Part shown: piece by piece, positions 31,903 through 42,641 of the stretch
Layout: every line of letters begins with the position of its first letter
Numbering within the stretch: the first letter of the stretch is position 1
Source of the DNA: Nitrospirota bacterium
Lineage (GTDB): Bacteria > Nitrospirota > UBA9217
Reading direction: 5' to 3'
DNA length: 64,000 bases
NCBI GenBank assembly: GCA_963845065.1
Contig: CAWJQQ010000001.1
Coordinates: forward strand, 288,001-352,000
Notes under the pieces: model-generated
The model's database searches: none
Seen by the model: only the letters and a program-made list of their open reading frames with translations
What the model was told of the DNA's origin: nothing
Program-made: the position numbers and the translations under genes

Positions 31903-33430
31903 GATCAGGTCAAGTTTTTAGTTGAAATTAGTTGAGTGGCCCGCGCTCCCTTCGGCTAAGGCTTTTTATCGATTCAACGGTGTAAAGCATCGTTGTGTAT
32001 AAAATCGGATTCGTAGGATCGCCATATTTGAGTTTTCTGAGGCCGAGCCATACCTAACCATCCCTCCTTATGCAGCCTTTTTGACCGTTAGGTCATTTAT
32101 TTCGTCCGCCTCGATCCGTTTCATCACGTCCGCGATGAAGGCGTGACCCTTGATCTTCCTGAATCCTTGTTCAGCATATAAAAGAACAGAAGCGAGCCAG
32201 CGCTGCATCATCTTGCTGTCGCGATAGCGCTTTATATTGCCCTCTGCTTTTCTCACCGTAGAAAACATGCTCTCAATAGGATTGGTAGAATGCAAGGTAT
32301 TCCGCAAGAGAGCGGGAACCTTCAACCGGTGAAGGGTGAGAATGTCTTCTATCGCTTCCATGAGCGAATCAGCCGCCGACTCATTGATGCCCCGAAGCCA
32401 TTTCTCCATGTCCAGAAGCATCTGACGAGCATCTGCGTAATTATTCTGCTCCAGGGCAGTTCGGAACCTCCTGTGTGCGTCTTTCCGGTATTTCTTCGGC
32501 AAATGATGCTGTATATTGCGGTCCTTGTGGATCGTGCACCGCTGATGGATCAATTTATTGCCGAAGCGATCCCGGAGAGCTTTGATTACGCCTCTGCCAC
32601 CATCGGTGACCCAGATGATTCGTCGTGATAGTGTCAGACCCCGCCGTTCCATATCGGAAAACAGTTCTTCGCACAATTCATGGTTCTCCGTCGCCCCCTG
32701 CCAGAATCCCAATGTCTGCTTCGTTCCAGCACTATCGAGCCCCAGCGCCACGATGAATGCCTCTCCGCCGCGGTGAACAGTGTCTAAAAAGACTGCAAAG
32801 GGGACGAATGACGTGAGTGACCGTTCCTTAAACTCCTGAAGCTGTTTTGCTGTTGCCGCGACGATATGGCTCGACACCGTGCTGGCAGATACGCCAAATG
32901 CTTGCGCCGTATCTACAACCGTCTCCGCATACTTCCGGCATGATATGCCACGGAGTACCTTTCCAAGCAATTCTTCTGAGAAACCTTCCGGTTTTTTCAA
33001 CTTCTGATAACTCTGAAGCGCAATCTCACCAGCCGGACCTCGAAGCCGAGGGTGGGTCACTGGGATCTTCTGATCTCCGATATAGACGGAACCGCCCTGG
33101 CTTGCCCACTTCCACAGGTCAGGACTGGTGGGCTGGTAGTCTGGCCCGGCAATCTCCTCACGCTCGATGTACATGATCGTCTCCGCCATCAGTCGGCCCA
33201 TTTCCTTCATGCATTCATCAAAACCCTGTTTACCTTTTGCGAAGACATAATACATCTGTTCAATGATCTCCTGCCTTCCATATGCCTCTTCAATTCCTCG
33301 TATTGCCTTTTTCCTCTTCCTTGTGGTATCCTTCATCGAGTGGCTCCTTTCTTTGTTTCTCTCTCTCTACCGTGGATTATGCCACGGGGGAGCCACTCTT
33401 TTCAATTTCAACTAAAAACAGTATAACCTC
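31903..33430 (-). mobile_element. IS256-family element copy 1 (1528 bp), TSD GACGATGG
   Basis: Imperfect IRs sharing GTTTTTAGTTGAAATT. The 8-bp duplication is at 31895-31902 and 33431-33438. Confidence 0.92.
32068..33336 (-). CDS. IS256 (Mutator-type) DDE transposase
   Basis: VFLD, WVTDG, HQRC..HK.RN, STNPIES. Confidence 0.92.
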   Translation of the reverse strand: MKDTTRKRKKAIRGIEEAYGRQEIIEQMYYVFAKGKQGFDECMKEMGRLMAETIMYIEREEIAGPDYQPTSPDLWKWASQGGSVYIGDQKIPVTHPRLRGPAGEIALQSYQKLKKPEGFSEELLGKVLRGISCRKYAETVVDTAQAFGVSASTVSSHIVAATAKQLQEFKERSLTSFVPFAVFLDTVHRGGEAFIVALGLDSAGTKQTLGFWQGATENHELCEELFSDMERRGLTLSRRIIWVTDGGRGVIKALRDRFGNKLIHQRCTIHKDRNIQHHLPKKYRKDAHRRFRTALEQNNYADARQMLLDMEKWLRGINESAADSLMEAIEDILTLHRLKVPALLRNTLHSTNPIESMFSTVRKAEGNIKRYRDSKMMQRWLASVLLYAEQGFRKIKGHAFIADVMKRIEADEINDLTVKKAA

Positions 33431-33579
33431 GACGATGGTATGGAATACTGGTAGTATTATGTAAATATTTAAAGAAATTGAACGTTAGATGAAGGGCGAG
33501 AAGCGGCTAATATCTAATACACGGTATCTTCATATAGCTGGCCCGCGTTCATCGAGACGCCGCATGCTCAACAAAAAAC

Positions 33580-33876
33580 TTATAAATTCTCAAGAACCTT
33601 TTCCGCAGCGTACTGAATAACTTGATCAGACGTTTTGGCCTTCGCCAAAATAAAATAACCCTGTTTTTCGAGAAAACCGATGATCTGTTTGTGTTTTATC
33701 TTATTTTCATCAAAATGAATTAATGCGCTACCGATCGCAGGGTTGATTTTTACCGACGTGATCCCCGCCAGACCCCGTAAAGTCTTAACAAAAGTTGTCA
33801 CGTTCCGTGGATTACGGCGGATGAATGGCGTTTGAATTCTTAATCTGCCGGGAACATAATGATAATAATAAACCAC
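33580..33876 (-). CDS. HMA2-like domain protein, possibly truncated
   Basis: YYYHYVPGRLRIQ and GITSVKINPAIGSALIHFD. Confidence 0.7.
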   Translation of the reverse strand: MVYYYHYVPGRLRIQTPFIRRNPRNVTTFVKTLRGLAGITSVKINPAIGSALIHFDENKIKHKQIIGFLEKQGYFILAKAKTSDQVIQYAAEKVLENL

Positions 33877-34256
33877 GAAATTCTCCTTGGCGAAATAAAC
33901 AACACTGAATCTCGGTGCTGCTATATAACTTTAATTAATCTTATCACTTTTATAGTGGAAATTCTTTGACGTATATATATTTTAATTGTGGTCGTGAGTT
34001 AAGAAATACTCTTTGATTAGAGAGATGAAAAAGAGAAGTTCACGCTCAGGTTGGAAACCAACTGAAGATAACTAACTTTAAACCTGCAAGCACTAACGAA
34101 TTCAGTTTGTAACTTTATCAGTTTAGAAGAACGGAAACGACATCAGGATGCTAGTTGCGTTTTTAATGTGATTTAAAAAAAACAAGACTACAAGCAGAAA
34201 TTTACGTCAAAAAAGATATTGCCTTAGAAATTGCACATATCATTTCCAGGCAACAT

Positions 34257-34308
34257 TCAGGTGACATAACCCGAAGGTCGTCGGTTCAAATCCGGCTCCT
34301 GCTGCCAA
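34257..34308 (+). pseudogene. Second degenerate 3' half of initiator tRNA-Met (att-site relic)
   Basis: CATAACCCGAAGGTCGTCGGTTCAAATCCGGCTCCTGCTGCCA. Confidence 0.75.
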
Positions 34309-34495
34309 ATTAACATAATTACTTAGCTTTTAGATTAACGTAGTTAGCACTATAAATGTCCTCTATGCTTTGTAATTGCTTCAATGTTACGTCGTTTACA
34401 GGGTCATCTACATTGAGAATCATTACGGATTCACCACCTACCTGTGCACGAACTTTTCTTCCTACCTGCATCATAGAGATATTAACGTTTTCATT

Positions 34496-36023
34496 GATCA
34501 GGTCAAGTTTTTAGTTGAAATTAGTTGAGTGGCCCGCGCTCCCTTCGGCTAAGGCTTTTTATCGATTCAACGGTGTAAAGCATCGTTGTGTATAAAATCG
34601 GATTCGTAGGATCGCCATATTTGAGTTTTCTGAGGCCGAGCCATACCTAACCATCCCTCCTTATGCAGCCTTTTTGACCGTTAGGTCATTTATTTCGTCC
34701 GCCTCGATCCGTTTCATCACGTCCGCGATGAAGGCATGACCCTTGATCTTCCTGAATCCTTGTTCAGCATATAAAAGAACAGAAGCGAGCCAGCGCTGCA
34801 TCATCTTGCTGTCGCGATAGCGCTTTATATTGCCCTCTGCTTTTCTCACCGTAGAAAACATGCTCTCAATAGGATTGGTAGAATGCAAGGTATTCCGCAA
34901 GAGAGCGGGAACCTTCAACCGGTGAAGGGTGAGAATGTCTTCTATCGCTTCCATGAGCGAATCAGCCGCCGACTCATTGATGCCCCGAAGCCATTTCTCC
35001 ATGTCCAGAAGCATCTGACGAGCATCTGCGTAATTATTCTGCTCCAGGGCAGTTCGGAACCTCCTGTGTGCGTCTTTCCGGTATTTCTTCGGCAAATGAT
35101 GCTGTATATTGCGGTCCTTGTGGATCGTGCACCGCTGATGGATCAATTTCTTGCCGAAGCGATCCCGGAGAGCTTTGATTACGCCTCTGCCACCATCGGT
35201 GACCCAGATGATTCGTCGTGATAGTGTCAGACCCCGCCGTTCCATATCGGAAAACAGTTCTTCGCACAATTCATGGTTCTCCGTCGCCCCCTGCCAGAAT
35301 CCCAATGTCTGCTTCGTTCCAGCACTATCGAGCCCCAGCGCCACGATGAATGCCTCTCCGCCGCGGTGAACAGTGTCTAAAAAGACTGCAAAGGGGACGA
35401 ATGACGTGAGTGACCGTTCCTTAAACTCCTGAAGCTGTTTTGCTGTTGCCGCGACGATATGGCTCGACACCGTGCTGGCAGATACGCCAAATGCTTGCGC
35501 CGTATCTACAACCGTCTCCGCATACTTCCGGCATGATATGCCACGGAGTACCTTTCCAAGCAATTCTTCTGAGAAACCTTCCGGTTTTTTCAACTTCTGA
35601 TAACTCTGAAGCGCAATCTCACCAGCCGGACCTCGAAGCCGAGGGTGGGTCACTGGGATCTTCTGATCTCCGATATAGACGGAACCGCCCTGGCTTGCCC
35701 ACTTCCACAGGTCAGGACTGGTGGGCTGGTAGTCTGGCCCGGCAATCTCCTCACGCTCGATGTACATGATCGTCTCCGCCATCAGTCGGCCCATTTCCTT
35801 CATGCATTCATCAAAACCCTGTTTACCTTTTGCGAAGACATAATACATCTGTTCAATGATCTCCTGCCTTCCATATGCCTCTTCAATTCCTCGTATTGCC
35901 TTTTTCCTCTTCCTTGTGGTATCCTTCATCGAGTGGCTCCTTTCTTTGTTTCTCTCTCTCTACCGTGGATTATGCCACGGGGGAGCCACTCTTTTCAATT
36001 TCAACTAAAAACAGTATAACCTC
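34496..36023 (-). mobile_element. IS256-family element copy 2 (1528 bp), TSD TTTTCATT
   Basis: Near-identical to copy 1. The 8-bp duplication is at 34488-34495 and 36024-36031. Confidence 0.92.
34661..35929 (-). CDS. IS256 transposase
   Basis: 422 aa, differs from copy 1 by one residue (FGNKL vs FGKKL). Confidence 0.92.
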   Translation of the reverse strand: MKDTTRKRKKAIRGIEEAYGRQEIIEQMYYVFAKGKQGFDECMKEMGRLMAETIMYIEREEIAGPDYQPTSPDLWKWASQGGSVYIGDQKIPVTHPRLRGPAGEIALQSYQKLKKPEGFSEELLGKVLRGISCRKYAETVVDTAQAFGVSASTVSSHIVAATAKQLQEFKERSLTSFVPFAVFLDTVHRGGEAFIVALGLDSAGTKQTLGFWQGATENHELCEELFSDMERRGLTLSRRIIWVTDGGRGVIKALRDRFGKKLIHQRCTIHKDRNIQHHLPKKYRKDAHRRFRTALEQNNYADARQMLLDMEKWLRGINESAADSLMEAIEDILTLHRLKVPALLRNTLHSTNPIESMFSTVRKAEGNIKRYRDSKMMQRWLASVLLYAEQGFRKIKGHAFIADVMKRIEADEINDLTVKKAA

Positions 36024-37734
36024 TTTTCATTTCCCAATAATGTTGCAACTTGAGCAACCATACCAGGTTTGTCTTTATGAGGCAGAACTAACATATGCTC
36101 GGCAGGTTCAATACTTGTGTGGTATCCATTAAATCTCAGAATTCTTGGGACCTCCTTACCTATAATGGTTCCAGTTGCTTCATTAATTTCCTTATCGGTA
36201 GTAAGAATCACCTTCAATAAACTTAAGTAGCTTTCAGAATCGGTTGAAGTTGATTTCTTAACGTGGACACCACTTCTTTCAGCCAACTTGGGAGCATTAA
36301 CGTAATTCACACTTTCCCTGCTGATACTTAAAACTCCTTTAGTGACTGCAACTGCCAGCGGAGACATATCTAATACAGCAAGTTCACCGCAAGCAACAAT
36401 TTCTATTTCCCGTGCTACGCCGCTTGCAGTTTGTCTCACGAGAGATCCCAGGTTTTCAGCAAGGGCCATATAGTGTTTCACTGGTTCAAGTGTTTCAGGT
36501 TTTAAGGAAGGGATATTAACGGCGCTTCTAGCGGGCAATCCTTGAACGATGTCACGAATTTGCTCGGCAACATCAATAGCAACATTCAGCTGCGCCTCTT
36601 CTGTGCTGGCGCCTAAGTGAGGGGTAAGAACGACCTTATTACCAAGTTTCAAAAGGGGAGAATCTTCAACCGGTTCTTTATCAAAAACATCTATCGCAGC
36701 CATTTCAACATGGCCGTCTCGAATTGCCTCGGCCAAATCAGCTTCGTTTATTATTCCTCCTCGGGAGCAATTGATTATTTTTACTTCTCTTCTCATTTTA
36801 GCTATAGTGTCTTTATTGATTAAATTACGGGTATCTTTATTTTTCGGGACATGCAACGTGATGAAATCCGCCGATTTCCATATATCGTCGAGCGATGTCG
36901 TATAAGAAGCCCCTAGCTCCTTTACATGATCTTCGCCGACAAACGGATCGTATACGAGAACTTTCATACCCATTGCCTTGGTGATGGAAGCCACCCTGCT
37001 TCCTATTTTCCCTAATCCAACTATACCAATATTCTTGTTGAATACTTCCTTGCCTATTAGTTGGGATCTCTCCCATTTGCCTTCTTTCATTGAAGTGTCA
37101 GCGGCGGGTATATGTCTGATCATAGACAGCATCAAGGCTATAGTATGTTCTGCCGCCGCGACAGTATTACCTTCGGGTGAGTTAATTACAACTATTCCTT
37201 GCTCGGTAGCTGCTTCTATATCAATATTATCCACACCAACGCCCGCTCTACCGATAACTTTGAGCCTGTCTGAGACTGAAATTATATCCTTAGTGACGTT
37301 TGAAGAGCTTCTAATCATTAAGGCGTCGTAATATTGAATGATTGCTTTAAGATCATCAGCAGTTAGGACAGGTTTATAATCAACTTCACAAATGTCCTGC
37401 AGAATTTTTACGGCAATCTTGTCAATCTTATCGGTAACTAATACTTTGTAACCCATGTTCACCTGTTATTGCAAAAAGGTTATCCTTTGCATATCGATAT
37501 AATACCGTTATTCCATTCCTTTAAGTGAAAACAAGTGGCTGTCGTAAATGATCTTACTTCACTTATATAGTTTAAATATGTCAAGAATGTTAAAAATACA
37601 TTAAGTTAGCGTTAAATCTTTTTTTAGCTCGATTCAGTCTATAAGTTTTCAGCCGCTTGATTGGCTTCAAAAGAAAAATATTGAAAAAGTACACATTGCA
37701 AATTAATAACAATTCAACAAATAACATTTTTAAA

Positions 37735-37788
37735 AATAAAAAAAAGCCCGAATCAAAATGAGAAAAAGATCTTATCGATTCGGGCTTT
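37735..37788 (-). terminator. Intrinsic terminator upstream of serA
   Basis: AAAGCCCGAATC...GATTCGGGCTTT stem followed by poly-T on the minus strand. Confidence 0.65.
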
Positions 37789-38172
37789 CTGGTACCATCA
37801 AAGCGTGTATCAAATGTTAGACTTGTGCAGTGTGCAGCAGATTGTGCAGTAGGGTACGGAATCGGGCGGAAAATACGGCATACGGCCATAGATGTTCAAC
37901 CGGACAACCGCATGAAAATAAAAAAAGGGAAGGGACGGTAAATTGTCCCTTCCTATAGAAACGCTTTCACACGGCAGCAGTCGCTGGTTCGAAGTGTCCT
38001 GATATGTCCTGTTAGAATCTCTTTTTTTCATGTACTCCAAAATCCTTAATTTGCTTGGTCAGGGAAGGGGTGTGTCAGACCCCTTTGGGGTGGCTGGCCA
38101 GATGGTCAAACGGAGATGGTATGTGTTTTTTTTTAAAGCGACATGTGCAGATCACGATTGATAAAATTGCTA

Positions 38173-38336
38173 GGCGTCCCGATTGAATCCTTTCCGCGTT
38201 ACGATCATAGTTCTATCAGTGATGCTGAACACGTTCAATTCTGCATTTCCTGGAAGTACCTCTAGTTTGGCAGTACAGACTTCAATCCGTAAATTAGTAT
38301 CGTGCTGGACAAATAGATATCATCACCTATACCTAT
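38173..38336 (+). repeat. Diverged intergenic repeat, paired with 12233-12397
   Basis: Same shared blocks as its partner. Contains TTCCTGGAAG and CACCTAT/TACCTAT boxes. Confidence 0.75.
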
Positions 38337-38577
38337 TATGTGGAGTTCTCCATTATGTGAAGAGAAGCCTCCTGCCCTTGTATTTAGTTCCGCCATAAAC
38401 TAATTCTTAGCAGAAGGTTTCTATTTTGGATAGTCTTGAAGAATATTTTTCCTATACTTAAATGGGAAAATATAACCTCATGCTCTATCTATATATATTA
38501 CAACTGTGTAACAGTGTTTGGATTATCACAAAATGCCACCTGGAACAGACAACCACTTAGCACTGACGAACGACAAT

Positions 38578-38856
38578 TTAGGCTGCCTTTTGGATTTCCT
38601 TGGCTTCATACTCCGGGAACATAATAATAGCAGGGTGAATATCAAATGCTTTCGCAAGCTGTTCTGCACGCCTTTTGCCAATCTCCACTCGGTTATTTTC
38701 TAAAAGGCTGAGATTGGTAGCGTTAATGCCAGAATGTTTGGCAAGTTCTACCTGCGTCCAACCCTTTAAATCGCGAAGCATTCGGATTACCTCGCCTGAA
38801 GTTAATTTGGCATGCGATTTTGCTGGCACGAATTCATTGCGATTGGTCATCTTCAT
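38578..38856 (-). CDS. higA: XRE HTH antitoxin (HigA-like)
   Basis: IRMLRDLKGWTQVELAKHSGI..NLSLLEN. Downstream of the toxin. Confidence 0.8.
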   Translation of the reverse strand: MKMTNRNEFVPAKSHAKLTSGEVIRMLRDLKGWTQVELAKHSGINATNLSLLENNRVEIGKRRAEQLAKAFDIHPAIIMFPEYEAKEIQKAA

Positions 38857-38864
38857 GTACTCTC

Positions 38865-39137
38865 CTAGTAATTATGCGGATTGATTTCAAGAACAAGTAC
38901 CGTGACAGTTTCTTTTTCTACAGCATAAATAACTCGGTATTGCAAACTCAACCGCGATGAACGTTGACTTACACGGTCTCCCTTCAGTTTTTCATCCTGA
39001 AATCCTGGAAACTCTCGCAACTTGTCAGGACCATGTCTGAATACGAGGCTTTTCCAGAGTTCGTATTTCTTAACGACGGTTGAAGGAATCTTACGACAAG
39101 CCTTGCCGATGTCGTGGTGCTCTTTAATTCGCCACAT
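38865..39137 (-). CDS. higB: RelE/HigB-family mRNA interferase
   Basis: GFQDEKLKG...RSSRLSLQYRVIY...INPHNY. Toxin-first gene order. Confidence 0.8.
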   Translation of the reverse strand: MWRIKEHHDIGKACRKIPSTVVKKYELWKSLVFRHGPDKLREFPGFQDEKLKGDRVSQRSSRLSLQYRVIYAVEKETVTVLVLEINPHNY

Positions 39138-39434
39138 TATTGATTATAATAACTTATTAAATTTAATATGTCAAGTCATTCTTAGAATGCGACAATGATC
39201 ATATTGCCTGGATTTTAAGCGGCGGATATTAACATATACGGGTTGATAATTACATCTTTGCAAAGAACGGAAATTCCACGAATTCAGGATGTAGTCCAAA
39301 CGCTAAAACAGTATTAATAAAATGAAGATTACAAAAGAAGTTATTAACTGAAAAATTATCGCACAAAAATACGTGATACAACTTTTCTGCATTTCGCCCG
39401 AGCAAACAATTGCAATTTCTACTGTATTCTGCTC

Positions 39435-39764
39435 TTGCGTACCTCTCTTTTCCCAAGCGCCGCATCGCAAGCGAATCTGTCAGGAGAACTTAGCTCGGCT
39501 GAAGGGTTGGTCACTGTCCTTTCTGAATCTGGAATGTTATTCCGAACCATCGACCCTTACCCCATACATGCTCGCCTGACGGTAAACCTTGAGACTAAGG
39601 GTAATTCTATCACGCTGGAAGCGGAGGTCGTTTATAATTGTACTTTTGATGAGGGACCATTTAAAGAACCGGGGATGGGAATGAAGTTCGTGAAGATCAG
39701 ACCCGAGGATCAAACGATCATTAAAGCTCTCATTCCAGAAAAGATTAAAAAAAATGGGCAATAA
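39435..39764 (+). pseudogene. PilZ domain, 5'-truncated fragment
   Basis: LSESGMLF, LEAEVV, PGMGMKF. The RxxxR region is degraded and there is no good start. Confidence 0.6.
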
Positions 39765-40183
39765 GGTGGTATCGGCGGTCGCCTGGTGCTGTTGTTCCTC
39801 AGAGAACAGCAACAGAATTCGAGCTGTGAATATCTGAACGTGAAAAGTTCACTTGACTAATTGCACGCACACACGCTTTTTCAACAGCTTAGTGAGTATA
39901 CTATCTAAAGTCTACATTTAGAATTGCCATAAATTAATAACTGGAGGGCCATAAACAATATATATTTTCATTTATGTGAATATTACCTTTACCTAATTGA
40001 CTGTCAGAATTAAAATTGCCACAAGAACATACGATATCAAATAAAAATGAGTCAAATCGATATTGTGAACTTAACTATTGAACATGAATTGATTTTTTCT
40101 GACTTAACCTTTTACCAATTGGAGTGTCATAAATTACGATAAAGTCGATGTGATGTTCATAATTAATAAGGAGGTAGAATAAT

Positions 40184-41881
40184 ATGAGTCACAGGCGAGT
40201 AGTATGGTTCATGGTTTTACTAGCGGTAATTTTCACATTACAGGCATGTGGCGCAAGCAACTCAACTTTGTCTTCCTCATCTTCGTCGGGCGGTACAAGC
40301 AGCAGTCCATCTTCATCGGGGGGTGCGCAGGGGGCCATGAGTCTAGCGCTTACCGACGCTCCCGGTGACTTCGATCACGTCTGGATAACAGTAAAGGATG
40401 TCTGGTTCCATACGGATCCGAATGCCGGCCCCAATGATCCGGCATGGCTTAAATTTCCCCTGGCCTCGCCCGTTACCATTGATCTGATCGCTCTGGCTAA
40501 TGGCAACATATCTCAATCTTTTTGGAACGGCATTCAACTCCCGGTCGGCATCTATCGGCAGATAAGGCTGTTCCTGGTCACCACCTATGCAGCAAATCCG
40601 CCGAACGGACATTCCAGGTTTAACGAGGTCATGATCGGCAATAGAACTTACGCGCTCAGGATTGCAGATGCAGAAGATGGGATCCGACTTACCGGTACAT
40701 TCCAGGTCACTAGTGGCGCGACACTAAATCTGGCCATTGATTTCGATGCAGGGCATGACGTTGTGGATTACAACGGGTCGGAATATATTTTGAAGCCAAG
40801 ACTGTCATGTTTCGACCTCGGAAGGGCCGGCGCAATCACCGGTCAAATCAGCACCGGAGCCACGTTCACAAGGGCGCCCCATTTTGTTATCAAGGCTGAG
40901 GAACTGAGTGCTGATGGTACGTATCATATGGTACACCGTTATACGGTTCCTGATTCCAGGGGAAGGTTCATTTTGTATCCGCTGTCTGCGCCGACGGCAA
41001 CCACAACTTATGACGTTTTAATTCGAGGGATCGGATATCAGACTACGATCGTAAAAGGCGTACCGGTAACTAAGGGGGCCACCTCAACATCAATCCCCAC
41101 GTCCTTACCGACGATTACCATGACACCCGGCACGGATTATGTCTCGAGTGCAACGATAACTTCTCCCACGGGAGCTTGGGTAGACTTCTATCAAACCTTG
41201 AAATCAACAGATACAGGTACATCTGAAGTACCCTATGAGGTCCGGTTCAGGCATTTCAATCCTCTCACAGGGGCGCTCACCGGATTTATGCTGTCTAATA
41301 GTACACTGCAATGGGGGGTGTATAGCAGCAGTACGATTACGCTGACTGCCGTCAATCCCGCTGAAGGTATTGGCGGATACCAGGCTGTAGCAGGAGCCGA
41401 TATAGATCTGTATATTGCGAGTGGCTTTACTGGGACGACACATCCCAATATTATCTCTACGGCGCCCACCGTGACTTTTGAGACTCCTCTTACGGTTGTA
41501 TCACCCTGGACGGGAAATACTGTTACTGGTGTGATATCTATGTCAAGTCCTACTGCAATGGACAACACGATGGATACGGGAGTCGTATTTGCCGTGCATG
41601 GCGGCTTGATTGTAGATACAATCAGCACGATGCGAGGGGATTTGCCGCAATCAGACGTCGCAACTGGCGGATCCTATACAATCCCGAATCTCCCGGGAGG
41701 TACATCGCAAGATCCGCAGCCAACAGCATTTTATGGCATTGATGCCGCATTCTGGTCATCGACGACAACAAGCTTCGAAGAGATTGCGATACCCAACCAT
41801 GCAGCTATTGCGATACCCCAGATCGTTGATCTGAGAAGCGGGGACGATACAGCAAATCTGGAAATGTTCCCCATCTGGTAG
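40184..41881 (+). CDS. DUF4382 domain lipoprotein
   Basis: LQAC lipobox, Ser-rich linker, LALTDAP, GIYRQIRL, LAIDFDA, YILKPRL. Confidence 0.82.
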   Translation: MSHRRVVWFMVLLAVIFTLQACGASNSTLSSSSSSGGTSSSPSSSGGAQGAMSLALTDAPGDFDHVWITVKDVWFHTDPNAGPNDPAWLKFPLASPVTIDLIALANGNISQSFWNGIQLPVGIYRQIRLFLVTTYAANPPNGHSRFNEVMIGNRTYALRIADAEDGIRLTGTFQVTSGATLNLAIDFDAGHDVVDYNGSEYILKPRLSCFDLGRAGAITGQISTGATFTRAPHFVIKAEELSADGTYHMVHRYTVPDSRGRFILYPLSAPTATTTYDVLIRGIGYQTTIVKGVPVTKGATSTSIPTSLPTITMTPGTDYVSSATITSPTGAWVDFYQTLKSTDTGTSEVPYEVRFRHFNPLTGALTGFMLSNSTLQWGVYSSSTITLTAVNPAEGIGGYQAVAGADIDLYIASGFTGTTHPNIISTAPTVTFETPLTVVSPWTGNTVTGVISMSSPTAMDNTMDTGVVFAVHGGLIVDTISTMRGDLPQSDVATGGSYTIPNLPGGTSQDPQPTAFYGIDAAFWSSTTTSFEEIAIPNHAAIAIPQIVDLRSGDDTANLEMFPIW

Positions 41882-41901
41882 TAAATCTTGTCTGTTACAT
41901 T

Positions 41902-41934
41902 GAGGCCTTCCGGAAACGGAGGGCCTTTCTTTTT
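41902..41934 (+). terminator. Intrinsic terminator
   Basis: AGGCCTTCCG-gaaa-CGGAGGGCCT followed by a T-run. Confidence 0.8.
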
Positions 41935-42052
41935 AACAGTGCAATACGGGGTTATTACCTATGCCATTTCCCGAATTCAAAACGAATATGTGCCTGATGC
42001 ACGGTTGGTGTCAGCGATATCGAATGGGCATTTGAGGGAGATACTATGATAA

Positions 42053-42153
42053 ATTCAAGATGTATCTGCATATATATGTAGTCTGGTAGGGCGTTGAAAA
42101 AGGTGTTGTTCAACACCATACTTGGCGATTGGCCTCACACCTACTTTCTCCAA
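42053..42153 (+). repeat. Two-box intergenic element, copy L (82-bp spacing)
   Basis: TTCAAGATG (C at 42056) and CACCTACTTTCTCCA 42138. Confidence 0.55.
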
Positions 42154-42284
42154 GGGAGATCGAGCCAAATAATTGCTAGCGATAATCCGTCCAGGCAACG
42201 GGCGTCTTGGAAGCATTCAGCCACGTTGCCCCATATGCCTAACTTGATCAAATAAAGGCAATTTTAGACAAGAAAGGGGCACCA

Positions 42285-42641
42285 TTAGATACGTTTGGAT
42301 ACATATTCCTGCAACGTCTTAATCGCTGCTTCTTCTGCCTTTTTGACCTTGCCATTCTTCTTTCTACTCAATCGGCCCCTTCTATATATACGTTGATTTC
42401 TCCCAAGTATGAATTTTTTATTGACGCAGAGGCTGTATGTGCCCACATCACCAAAATTATTAAAAATAGTGAAATCCGCATCAGGTACCTGCGAGTTCGT
42501 GTCTCGGGCCAATAACGACTGCGCAATCTGATATTGCGGCGACTGCATACTGCTTTCAGATTTATTGCACGCGATTGCAAGACCAAGCAGGCAGAAGGTA
42601 AAGATCCGTAACGAAGTAATAATTTTACTATCCATGAGCAA
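42285..42641 (-). pseudogene. Chimeric remnant: lipoprotein N-terminus (serpin-like) joined to an antitoxin-like tail
   Basis: AIAC lipobox and AQSLLARDTNSQVPDAD, then unrelated ...KKAEEAAIKTLQEYVSKR. Confidence 0.3.

Larger units (their letters stand above)
34319..37462 (-). pseudogene. serA: D-3-phosphoglycerate dehydrogenase interrupted in its ACT domain by IS256
   Basis: RAGVGVDNID, GIVGLGKIG, TPHLGASTEEAQ. DKPGMVAQVATLLGN resumes after the IS as NENVNISMMQVGR...LNVD...LKAK* (stop 34319-34321). Confidence 0.92.

Noticed and set aside
34435..34441. CACCTAC as another element copy
   Set aside because: Lies in the serA ACT coding remnant, with no box 1 at the expected distance.
31903..36023. 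Composite transposon formed by the two IS256 copies
   Set aside because: Each copy has its own distinct TSD and the outer flanks do not match.
37735..37900. T-box riboswitch upstream of serA
   Set aside because: Only TGGTACC plus a terminator. No AGGGTGGNACCGCG consensus or stem I is recognisable.
38084..38115. tRNA 5'-end-like GGGGTGGCTGGCCAGATGGTC
   Set aside because: Too short and degenerate, and no cloverleaf forms.
42086..42116. IS-end-like AGGGCGTTGAAAAAG (cf. CTTTTTCAACAGC at ~39876)
   Set aside because: Short match facing outward, with no transposase or TSD.
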